Made by a program: the position numbers and the translations under genes. Source: Pseudomonadota bacterium (GTDB taxonomy: Bacteria > Myxococcota_A > Polyangia > Polyangiales > Polyangiaceae). Taken from it: a stretch of DNA of 64,000 nt. The stretch is taken from NCBI GenBank assembly GCA_040005755.1, contig JBDTYJ010000001.1:310-64309 (forward strand), in the 5' to 3' direction. The notes under the pieces were generated by a model, which saw only the letters and a program-made list of their open reading frames with translations, ran no database searches and had not been told where the DNA came from. Below, one piece after another: positions 1-9,800 of this stretch. Every line of letters begins with the position of its first letter. The stretch's first letter is position 1.

Positions 1-2
1 GC

Positions 3-998
3 GTGTTCCAGGCTATCGACGCGGCGCTGCCGCCCCTACGCGGCATCATCCACTCCGCGGGCGCTCTGGACGACGGCGCGCTGCCCCAGCAATCGTGGTC
101 GCGGTTTTTGGTGCCGCTCGGAGCGAAGGTAAACGGCGCGTGGGCTCTCCACGTGCATAGCGCGCAACGTCGCTTGGACTTCTTCCTCCTGTATTCGTCG
201 GTGGCCTCGGTCCTCGGTTCTTCGGGCCAAGCCAATCACTCGGCTGCGAACGCTTTCCTGGACGCCTTGGCGGTGCACCGGCGTGCGCTTGGGCTGCCGG
301 CGCAGAGCATCAGCTGGGGCGCCTGGAGCGAAATTGGAGCGGCCGCCGAGCGCGGCGTTGGCGAGCGCGTCGGAGCGTTGGGCATCGCCCTGATCAGCCC
401 AGCGCATGGGTTAGAATTGCTGAGCGCGGCCACACGTAGCGATGCCCCGCACGTGGTCGCGCTCCCGGTGGCCTGGCCGCGCTTCTTGGCGCAACGCGCG
501 CCGAACGGCCGAGCTCTGTTCACCCGCATGGCGGACCGGCACCTCGCAGCCGCCGTTCCGAGTGGCTCGAAACAAGCCGCAGCAACGGCCGCGCTGGATT
601 TGGAGGCGCTCGCCGACGCCTCGGCAGCGCAGCGTTACTCAATCTTGTTGGCGTTCGTCACCGAGCATGTAGCGCGCGTCATCGGGGTGCCGCAGGGCGG
701 GAACATCGCCGTCGATCAGCCCCTGAACGAGCTCGGCCTCGATTCACTCATGGCGGTGGATTTGCGCAATCGGTTGAGCCGCGGCCTCGGCCAAGCCCGC
801 AGCCTACCGGCCACGCTCGTCTTCGATCATCCGACGCTCGCGGCCCTGGCTGAGCATTTGGCGACCCTCCTCACACCCGCGCGCGCGGCTGAAGCCGCAC
901 TGCCGCCGCCTATCCCGCGGGACGCCTTGGGCGCTATCGACACGCTCTCCGACGAGCAAATTGAAGCCCTGTTCGCCAAGCGCATCGGAAGCAACTAG
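3..998 (+). CDS. Type I PKS, C-terminal fragment (KR-ACP-docking helix); 5' end lies outside the window
   Basis: KR motifs HSAGALDDG, K(VNGAW), SS, GQANHSAAN, SISWG; ACP LGLDSLMA; C-terminal docking helix LSDEQIEALF; stop abuts the next ATG. Confidence 0.95.
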   Translation: MFQAIDAALPPLRGIIHSAGALDDGALPQQSWSRFLVPLGAKVNGAWALHVHSAQRRLDFFLLYSSVASVLGSSGQANHSAANAFLDALAVHRRALGLPAQSISWGAWSEIGAAAERGVGERVGALGIALISPAHGLELLSAATRSDAPHVVALPVAWPRFLAQRAPNGRALFTRMADRHLAAAVPSGSKQAAATAALDLEALADASAAQRYSILLAFVTEHVARVIGVPQGGNIAVDQPLNELGLDSLMAVDLRNRLSRGLGQARSLPATLVFDHPTLAALAEHLATLLTPARAAEAALPPPIPRDALGAIDTLSDEQIEALFAKRIGSN

Positions 999-3900
999 AT
1001 GGAAGATTTTCTCACTCGCATCAGCAATTACTCGCCCAAGCGCCTGGCTCTGTTGGCGGACGACTTGCAACGCCGGCTGTCGCGGCTGGAAGATGCGGCG
1101 CACGCGCCGATTGCGATTATCGGCATGGCTTGTCGTTTTCCGGGCGGCGCCGACACTCCGGCGCGCTTTTGGGACTTACTCGTACGCGGCGAAGACGCCG
1201 TGGGCGAGGTTCCCAAAGAGCGCTGGAACATCGATGAGTATTACGATCCCGATCCTGACGCGCCCGGCAAGATGTCGTCGCGTTGGGGCGGCTTCCTGCG
1301 CAACGTAGCCGAGTTCGACCCGCATTTCTTCGGCATTTCGCCGCGCGAAGCGCAACGCATGGATCCGCAGCACCGCTTGCTGCTGGAAGTTACGTGGGAG
1401 GCGTTGGAGCACGCGGGCGTAAACGCGGATCGCTTGGCGCAGACGCTGACCGGCGTGTATGTCGGCATGTCGTCGGTCGATTACTTGCAAGTGATGCGCA
1501 GCGGTGGCTTGAGCTCCTTCGACGCGTACACCGCTTCGGGCGCGGCCCACAGTATTGCCTCCGGTCGGCTGTCGTATCTGTTGGGCACGCGCGGCCCGAG
1601 CATGTCCATCGACACGGCATGCTCGTCATCGCTCGTGGCGATTCACCAAGCAGTGAGCAGCCTGCGGCGCGCGGAGTCGAATCTCGCTCTGGCAGGGGGC
1701 GTCAACCTCATCTTACGCCCGGACGTGACGGTCGCGCTGTCGAAGTCGCACATGATGGCGCCCGACGGGCGCTGCAAGGCCTTCGATTCGCGCGCCGATG
1801 GCTTCGTGCGGAGTGAAGGCTGCGGCATGCTGGTGCTCAAGCGACTGGCCGACGCCGAAGCGGCGGGAGACCCGATTTTGGCCGTAATTCGCGGCTCGGC
1901 ATCGAATCAAGATGGCCGCAGCAACGGTCTGACTGCGCCGAACGGTGTGGCTCAGGAGGCGGTCGTGCGCGCGGCACTCGAAGACGCGCGGGTGTCGCAT
2001 CGCGACGTGCAATTTGTCGAAACCCATGGCACCGGTACGTCGCTCGGGGATCCGATCGAAGTGCAAGCGCTGGCAGCGGTCTTCGGCAAAGACCGCGCGC
2101 CCGACGACCCGCTCTTGATCGGATCGGTAAAGGCGAACATCGGTCATCTCGAATCGGCTGCGGGCGTTGCGGCCGTGATCAAGGCGGTGCTTGCGCTTAA
2201 GCACGGCGTCGTGCCGGCGCAGCTGCACTTCCTCGAACCAAATCCGTTCATCCCGTGGCATGAAATCCCGGTGCGCGTGCCGCGCGCAGCAACGGCGTGG
2301 CCCAAGGTGAGTCACGCGGAGCGCCTGGCGGGGGTGAGCTCGTTCGGCTTCAGCGGCACTAATGTGCATTTGCTCCTAGGCTCGGCGCCGCCCCTAGAAC
2401 CACCGCCGGCCACGCTAGAACGGCCCCGGCATGTGCTCGTCATTTCCGCGCGTGGTGACGAAGCACGGCGGTCTCTCATTACCGCGTACAGCGCCGAGCT
2501 CACGACCACAGTCGAGTCGCTGGCGGATATCGCCTTCACCGCCAATGCCGGCCGCGCCGCACTCACCCACCGCAGCGCGCTTCACGCGGCGAGCAAGGAA
2601 GAAGCAGTCGCGCGGCTCGCCGAGCTCGCTTCGGCGGCCCCGAGCGCGACCGCTTTCAACGGGGTCGTGCCGCCGCGCCCACCGCAGATCGCGTTCTTGT
2701 TCACCGGTCAAGGCGCGCAATACGCCGGCATGGCGCGCTCGCTCTATGAAACTCAACCGCGCTTCCGCGAAGCGTTGGATGAATGTGCTGCGCTGTTGGA
2801 TGGCCGCTTGGCGCAGCCCCTTTTGTCGGTGCTGCACCCGGCTGACCCGACGCGCTCGCCCATTCACGAGACGGCGTACACCCAACCCGCGCTATTTTCG
2901 GTGGAATACGCACTCGCGCAGCTTTGGCAAAGTTGGGGCGTGCAGCCGATTGCGGTGCTCGGCCATAGCGTGGGGGAGTTCGTCGCTGCTTGCGTGGCCG
3001 GGGTGCTCACCTTGGAAGACGCACTCAAGCTCGTGGTCGAGCGCGGCCGGCTCATGGGTGCATTGCCGAGCAACGGTGCGATGGCCTCGCTGGTCGCCGA
3101 CGAAGCGCAGGTCGCGTCCTTAATCGCTCCCTGGCAAGCCGAAGTCGCGATCGCGGCCGTGAACGGGCCGCAGGCAGTCGTGATCTCCGGTCGTGATTCT
3201 GCAGTCGCCGCTATCATCGAGCGCGCCGCCCAAAGCGGCATCAATGCGACTCCACTCACGGTGTCGCATGCGTTTCACTCGCCGCTCATTGAGCCAATGT
3301 TGGCCGAATTCACGCGCTACGCCGAAAGCATCACGCATCATCCGGCGAAGCTCGACGTGATCTCGAACGTGACCGGTCGGCGCATGACCAGCCGCGGCTT
3401 CGACGCTTCGTACTGGCGCGAGCACGCGCGCTCCGCGGTGCAATTCGCACGCTCGATGCGCAGCCTCGCCGAGCTCGGGTGCGATACGTTCCTGGAAGTT
3501 GGACCGCACCCAACGTTGATCGCGATGGCGCGCCAGTCGTTGACGGATGACGCGTTGACCTGGCTCCCGTCGTTACGTCGTGGCGCCGATGAATGGAGCC
3601 AAATTCTAGAGAGTTTGGCCAAGCTGTACGTCCGCGGTGGGGCGGTGGACTGGGCGGGCTTCGATGCGGGATACGCGCGCCGCAAAGTGGTGCTGCCCAG
3701 CTACCCCTTTCAGCGCCAGCGCTTTTGGGTGGACGTGCCGGTCGCGCTTGCGGAAGCCGAAGCGCGGGTTGAAACGCCGGCAGCGCCTGACGCCGCTATC
3801 GAGATGCGACACGAGATCGTCTGGCGGGACGGGCCGGCGCCCGGCGCGGCGCTGCCGAGTCCCGCGCTCGTGCGGGCTGTTATTTCACCGCGCATCGCCC

Positions 3901-6833
3901 CGATCGCGGAGGACAACGGGCTCCGCGCGTACGAGGCATTCAGCGTCGCGCTCGATCGCCTGAGCACGCTCTACATTCTGAACGCGCTGCAAGCACTGGG
4001 CGCGGATCTGCAGCCGGGCGCGCAGTTCGAGGCGGAAGCGCTGGCAGCCCGCCTGGGCGTGCTCGCGCGGCATCGCCGGCTGTTCGCGCGTTTGCTGCAA
4101 ATTCTGGTGGAGGACGGCTTTCTCAGCGCCGAAGCGGGAGGTTTCCGCGTGCTGCGCCCGCTCCAAGGCGGCGATCCAGACGAGGAAGCGCAGCATTTGC
4201 ACGAGCAGCACCCGGACGGCGCCGCCGAGCTCACCATTACGAGCCGCTGCGCGCGCGAGCTTGCATCCGTCCTGCGCGGGCGAACCGATCCGCTGCCGCT
4301 GCTGTTCCCCGAAGGTTCGCTGGCCGACATGGAGCGCCTGTATCGGACCTCGCCGCCAGCGCGCACGTACAATCGCCTGATCTCCGAGATCATTTCGGTC
4401 CTGAGCCGGGCGCGTGCCGAGGCCGGACCGCTGCGCATTCTCGAGATTGGCGGCGGCACGGGCAGCACCACCGCGTTCGTGCTGCCGTTATTGCGTGACC
4501 AAGACGTCGAGTACACGTTCACCGATTTGTCGCCCTTGTTCTTGAACCGAGCGCGCGAGAAGTTCGTTGAGCGCAGCTGCATGCGTTTTGCTGTGCTCGA
4601 TATCGCCGCGGAGCTCGAGGCACAGGGTTTTCAGCCGGCCTCCTTCGACGTGATCATCGGCGCGAACGTGCTGCACGCCACCCCGGATATCGCGCACAGC
4701 TTGGCGCAAGCCCGCTCGCTGGTGGCGCCCGGCGGGCAGCTCGTTCTGCTCGAAGGTACGACTCCGCAGCGCTTCGGTGATCTGACCGTCGGCTTGCTCG
4801 AAGGCTGGTGGGCATTTACGGACGTCACCCGGCGGCAGTACGCGCTGATCCCCCGCGAGGCGTGGTGCCAGGCGCTGGGCGAGGCGGGGTTCAGCTCCTC
4901 TGCCGTGATCGTCGATGCAAATGCCGGCCCGGTGCTGACGCAGCAAGCCATCTTCGTGGCTCAAGCTCCGGGTTCGGAGCTAGCTTCCCCGGTCGCTCGC
5001 TGGTTAATCGTGCCGGATTCGGGCGGCGCGGCCGAAGCGCTCACTGAAGCGCTGCGGGCCTCCGGCGATGACGTTTTGCCCCTTGCTGCCGGTGAAGGGG
5101 CGCTGCGCGGCGCGCTCGCTGATGCGGCGCGCTCCGGCGCGCATGTGTCGGGAGTGATCCACCTGGCTGCGCTGGATGCCGCACTCACGGATGCGACCTC
5201 GGCGGCAGAGCTGTGGGCAGGCCAAGAGCAGCTCGTGAAACAGGCGCTGGGCAGCGTGCACGCCCTGGCAGCCGATCGGCTTGTCGGCGCACCGCCCGCG
5301 CTCTGGTTCGTGACGCGCGGCGCGCAATCCACTCAAGAGGGAGAAGCGAGCAACCCGGCTCAGGCCTCGCTTTGGGGGCTCAGCCATGTCGTGGCGCTAG
5401 AGCACCCCGGGCTTTCCTGCCGGCGCGTGGATTTGGATCCCGGCCTGAGCGCTCGAGCCTCACTGGGCGCCCTCGTAAAGGAGCTGCGCGCCCCGGGCTG
5501 TGAGGACCAGATCGCGTTGCGCGGCGAACGCCGGCTGCTTCGCCGGCTCGCGCAGCGAGCTGCACCCTCAGCCACCAAACCAGCATCAATCAGGCCGGAC
5601 TGCAGCTACCTGATTACAGGCGGGCTGCGCGGGCTGGGCTTGCTCGTCGCCCGCTGGCTCGTCGAGCAGGGAGCGATGTCGGTCGTGCTCATGAGTCGCC
5701 GTGCTCCGGATGAAGGCGGTGAGGCGACGCTTCGTCAGCTGCGCGCTCAGGGCGCGCGCGTGCTTGCGATCACGGGTGACGTGTCGCGAGAAATGGACGT
5801 GCGTCGCGTGCTGGACGAGATCAGCCGAACCTTGCCGCCGCTCCGCGGCATCGTGCACGCGGCAGGCGTGTTGGATGACGGCGCGCTCGCCGCGTTGAGC
5901 TGGCCGCGCTTCGCGACCGTCATGGCGCCCAAGGTGCTCGGCACGTGGCACTTGCATCGGCTCGCCGGTGCGTTGGATTTTTTCGCGCTGTTCTCCTCCG
6001 GTGCAGCCATCGCTGGCTCTGCCGGGCAGGCAAACCACGCGGCCGCCAACGCCTTTGAAGACGCGCTGGCGTGGTATCGCCAAGCGCGCGGCCTGCCCAC
6101 CGTGAGCATCAATTGGGGGCCGTGGGCAGAAGTTGGCGCTGCGGCGGACCGCCGAGTAAACGGCCCCAGTTTCGTCACGCAAATCGCACCCAGGGACGGC
6201 TTGCGCGCGTTCGCGGCCGCGCTGGCCTCCGATCCCACTCGTCCGCGCCTGGGCAGCGCACAAGTGGTGGCCATCGCGGCGGATTGGTCAGAGCTCGCTC
6301 ACGCGCCCGCGGCGTGGCGCACCGCGCCTCTGTTTCGCGAGTTGGCGCCCAATGCACGCGCCGCTCCCCCAATCGCGTCTGCGCAGCCCGCGGCTCCTGA
6401 AGTCTCGCTGCGCGAGCGGCTGCGCAGTGTCGCCGCAAATCGTCGTTTGGCGGCTTTGCAAGAGCAGGTGCGCACGTTGACCGTGAAGGTGCTCGGCGTG
6501 CAGCATCCCAAGAACTTCGACGTGCATGAGCCGCTGCGCCAACTGGGCCTGGACTCGCTAATGGCGGTCGAATTGCGCAACTTGCTGGCGAAGGCGGTGG
6601 GGCGCGCAATGCCCGCGACGATCACCTTCGACCACCCGTCGGTGGCCGCTTTGGCGGAATTTCTGGCCTCTGACGCGCTCGCTGACGTCATGAGCCCTGT
6701 TTCATCTGCCATTTCTGCTGCCCCGCCGTTGGGCCAGCCGGAAGAATCGGTACACGATGAGTTATCGAGCGCTGAGCTCGCGTCGCGGTTGGCCGATCGG
6801 CTCGACCGGTTGTTCTCCGAGGAACCTAAGTGA
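999..6833 (+). CDS. Modular cis-AT type I PKS: KS-AT(malonyl)-C-methyltransferase-KR-ACP
   Basis: KS DTACSSS/HGTGT/GHLE; AT GHSVG and HAFH (malonyl-type); MT LEIGGGTG and NVLHAT; KR GGLRGLG, LDD, GQANHAAAN; ACP LGLDSL. Confidence 0.96.
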   Translation: MEDFLTRISNYSPKRLALLADDLQRRLSRLEDAAHAPIAIIGMACRFPGGADTPARFWDLLVRGEDAVGEVPKERWNIDEYYDPDPDAPGKMSSRWGGFLRNVAEFDPHFFGISPREAQRMDPQHRLLLEVTWEALEHAGVNADRLAQTLTGVYVGMSSVDYLQVMRSGGLSSFDAYTASGAAHSIASGRLSYLLGTRGPSMSIDTACSSSLVAIHQAVSSLRRAESNLALAGGVNLILRPDVTVALSKSHMMAPDGRCKAFDSRADGFVRSEGCGMLVLKRLADAEAAGDPILAVIRGSASNQDGRSNGLTAPNGVAQEAVVRAALEDARVSHRDVQFVETHGTGTSLGDPIEVQALAAVFGKDRAPDDPLLIGSVKANIGHLESAAGVAAVIKAVLALKHGVVPAQLHFLEPNPFIPWHEIPVRVPRAATAWPKVSHAERLAGVSSFGFSGTNVHLLLGSAPPLEPPPATLERPRHVLVISARGDEARRSLITAYSAELTTTVESLADIAFTANAGRAALTHRSALHAASKEEAVARLAELASAAPSATAFNGVVPPRPPQIAFLFTGQGAQYAGMARSLYETQPRFREALDECAALLDGRLAQPLLSVLHPADPTRSPIHETAYTQPALFSVEYALAQLWQSWGVQPIAVLGHSVGEFVAACVAGVLTLEDALKLVVERGRLMGALPSNGAMASLVADEAQVASLIAPWQAEVAIAAVNGPQAVVISGRDSAVAAIIERAAQSGINATPLTVSHAFHSPLIEPMLAEFTRYAESITHHPAKLDVISNVTGRRMTSRGFDASYWREHARSAVQFARSMRSLAELGCDTFLEVGPHPTLIAMARQSLTDDALTWLPSLRRGADEWSQILESLAKLYVRGGAVDWAGFDAGYARRKVVLPSYPFQRQRFWVDVPVALAEAEARVETPAAPDAAIEMRHEIVWRDGPAPGAALPSPALVRAVISPRIAPIAEDNGLRAYEAFSVALDRLSTLYILNALQALGADLQPGAQFEAEALAARLGVLARHRRLFARLLQILVEDGFLSAEAGGFRVLRPLQGGDPDEEAQHLHEQHPDGAAELTITSRCARELASVLRGRTDPLPLLFPEGSLADMERLYRTSPPARTYNRLISEIISVLSRARAEAGPLRILEIGGGTGSTTAFVLPLLRDQDVEYTFTDLSPLFLNRAREKFVERSCMRFAVLDIAAELEAQGFQPASFDVIIGANVLHATPDIAHSLAQARSLVAPGGQLVLLEGTTPQRFGDLTVGLLEGWWAFTDVTRRQYALIPREAWCQALGEAGFSSSAVIVDANAGPVLTQQAIFVAQAPGSELASPVARWLIVPDSGGAAEALTEALRASGDDVLPLAAGEGALRGALADAARSGAHVSGVIHLAALDAALTDATSAAELWAGQEQLVKQALGSVHALAADRLVGAPPALWFVTRGAQSTQEGEASNPAQASLWGLSHVVALEHPGLSCRRVDLDPGLSARASLGALVKELRAPGCEDQIALRGERRLLRRLAQRAAPSATKPASIRPDCSYLITGGLRGLGLLVARWLVEQGAMSVVLMSRRAPDEGGEATLRQLRAQGARVLAITGDVSREMDVRRVLDEISRTLPPLRGIVHAAGVLDDGALAALSWPRFATVMAPKVLGTWHLHRLAGALDFFALFSSGAAIAGSAGQANHAAANAFEDALAWYRQARGLPTVSINWGPWAEVGAAADRRVNGPSFVTQIAPRDGLRAFAAALASDPTRPRLGSAQVVAIAADWSELAHAPAAWRTAPLFRELAPNARAAPPIASAQPAAPEVSLRERLRSVAANRRLAALQEQVRTLTVKVLGVQHPKNFDVHEPLRQLGLDSLMAVELRNLLAKAVGRAMPATITFDHPSVAALAEFLASDALADVMSPVSSAISAAPPLGQPEESVHDELSSAELASRLADRLDRLFSEEPK

Positions 6834-9800
6834 CAGAACCTGACTATCGCGCTCTCCTGAAGAGGTCGCTTGTCGCGATCGAGCAACTCGAAGCCAAGCT
6901 GGCTGCGACGGAGCGCTCGCGCAGCGAACCCATTGCAGTGGTTGGCGTCGGCTGTCGGCTGCCCGGCGGGGTCAGCACGCCTGAAGCGTATTGGGAGCTA
7001 CTGGCCAACGGCGTCGATGCGGTCACCGAGGTGCCCAAGCAGCGCTGGGACGCTGACGCCGTGTTCGACCCGGATCCGGATGCCGAGGGCAAGAGTTACA
7101 CGCGCTGGGGCGGCTTCATCGACCAGGTAGCTGGGTTCGATGCGCAATTCTTCGGCATTTCTCCGCGTGAAGCCGTGAGCATGGACCCTCAGCATCGGCT
7201 CCTGCTGGAGGTGGCCTGGGAGGCATTGGAGCACGCCGGCATCGCGCCGGCCTCTCTTGCGGGCAGCCGCGCGGCAGTGTTCGTGGGTATTTCCAGCACC
7301 GACTATGGCAACGAGCTCGTGGACGTCGCTGGCGCGGATCGCGGCGATGCGTATACCGCTGCGGGCGGCGCGCACAGCATTGCTGCGGGGCGCTTGTCGT
7401 ACTTCCTGGGCGTGCACGGGCCGAACATGGCGGTCGATACGGCGTGTTCGTCGTCACTCGTGGCCGTGCATTTGGCCGTGCAGAGCTTGCGCAACGGGGA
7501 GACGAGCTTGGCGCTCGCCGGCGGCGTGAACCTGACGCTGACCGCAACCGGCGCAATCCTGACTTCGCGCGCACGCATGATGTCGTTCGATGGGCGCTGC
7601 AAGACGTTCGACGCCAGCGCCGACGGCTACGTGCGAGCCGAGGGCAGCGGCATCATCGTGCTCAAGCGGCTCTCGGACGCACAACGGGACGGAGACCGCA
7701 TTTTGGCCGTGATTCGCGGATCCGCCGTGAATCAGGACGGCCGGAGCAGCGGCCTCACGGCACCCAACGGCGCCGCCCAAGAGGCCGTCATTCGCGACGC
7801 GCTCGCCAACGCGGGGCTCAGCCCTGCAGACATCAGCGTCATCGAGGCCCACGGCACAGGCACTTCGCTGGGCGATCCGATCGAGATGAATGCTCTCGGC
7901 CGCGTCTTCGGCGAGAGGCCGGCCAGCGCGCCGTTGCTCGTTGCTTCCGTCAAAACGAACCTTGGCCATTTGGAAGCCGCGGCGGGCGCCGCCAGCATCA
8001 TCAAAGTGGTGCTCGCGCTTCAACAGCGCACGGTCCCGAAGCACCTGCACCTGAACAATCCGAACCCGCTGATCGCTTGGGACACCTTGCCGGTTCGGGT
8101 CCCGCTTGAGCCCACGCCGTGGCGGCAGGCAAACGGGGGCCCGCGTCGGGCTGGGGTGAGCTCATTCGGCTTCAGCGGCACGAACGCGCACGTCGTGCTG
8201 GAAGAAGCCCCGCCCAGCGTCGATGCGGCGCGCGCGGAGGCGCACAGTCGCCTGCTCGTGCTCTCCGGCCAAACCGACGCCGCGCTGCGGGAGCAGGCCG
8301 CGCGCTTTCGCGCCCAGCTCACGGACGCAGACGCCGCGGCCTGGCAAGACGCTTGTTTTACGGCTGGGTACGGCCGCTCGCACCTCCCGGAGCGGCTTTC
8401 CGTCGTCGCGCAACATGCCGCGCAGGCCGTCGAAAAGCTGGACGCGTTCGCGAGCGACCGCCTGCTGCCGGGTGTCGCCCGTGGCCGGGCCGCCTCCGCG
8501 CCGCCGGAAATCGCGTTCCTATTCACGGGCCAAGGCGCTCAGTTCTTTGGCATGGCGCGCGAGCTGTATGCGTCTCAACCGGCCTTCCGCAGCGCGCTGG
8601 ACGCGTGCGCGGCCATCGTCGATCCGCTGCTGGAGCGGCCGCTGCTCGCGGTCGTGATGAACGACGAAGCCTCGAGCGCGCTGCTCGACGACACCGCGTA
8701 CACCCAACCCGCGCTGTTCGCGATCGAGTACGCGCTCGTGCAACTTTGGCGCTCGTGGGGCGTCGAGCCCACCGTGGTGCTTGGGCACAGCGTGGGGGAG
8801 TACGTCGCGGCGTGCATCGCGGGAATGTTCTCCTTGGAAGATGGCTTGCGTCTCATCGCGCATCGCGGGCGCTTGATGAGCCGCTTGCCGCGCGACGGCA
8901 CGATGGCTGTCGTGTTCGCGGGTGAGGCGCGAGTCGCCGAAGCATTGCGCGGCTTGGAACATGAAGTGTCGATCGGCGCCGTCAACGGACCGGAGAGCAC
9001 CGTGATCTCCGGCCGCACCGCAGTAGTCGAGGCAGTCGTGGCGCGCCTGAATGCCGAGGGCGTGGAGACGCAGCGCTTGAACGTGTCACACGCTTTTCAC
9101 TCGCCGCTGATGGATCCCATGCTCGATGAATTCGAGCTTCTCGCGTCGCGCATCACCATCTCGCCGCCGCGCATCGGGCTGGTCTCCAACGTGACCGGTC
9201 GCATGGCGGGGAATGATCTGGCAAACGCCGCCTATTTTCGGCGTCACGTGCGGGAGGCCGTGCGCTTCGCGGATGGCATTGCCACGTTGCACGCCGAAAA
9301 AATTCACATCTTCATCGAGATCGGTCCTTCTCCCACGCTGCTCGGCATGGCCAAGCGTTGTCCCGCCGCCAGCGCCGCCACTTGGCTGCCGTCGTTGCGC
9401 AAAGCAGTGATCGATACCGAATCGATGTTACAAACGCTCGCTGAGCTGCACGTGCTGGGGCAACCGATTGCGTGGCGCGCCCTCGCCGGCGCGGGTGCCA
9501 AACGCGCCGTGCTGCCGAGGTATTCCTTCCAGCGCGAGCGCTATTGGCACGAGCTGACGCCGCGCGCGCTGTCGGGCGCGCCGAAGGGGCGCAACGCCGG
9601 GCATCCGCTCTTGGGCACTCGCTTGTCGACCCCGCTGCCCATTTATCAGTGCACCTTGTCGCTGGCGGCGCTGCCGTGGCTTTCCGACCACCGCATCTAC
9701 GGGGTCGCGTTGTTCCCGGTGACTGCGTTCCTGGAGGCCGCGTTGGCCGCAGCCCGCGATGCGCTCGGCGACTCGAACGTGGCGCTGGAAGCGATCGTGG

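Noticed and set aside
2690-9130. Near-identical DNA stretches such as acggcgtacacccaacccgcgct and catagcgtgggggagt
   Set aside because: Ordinary paralogy between the two malonyl-AT domains, not a mobile repeat
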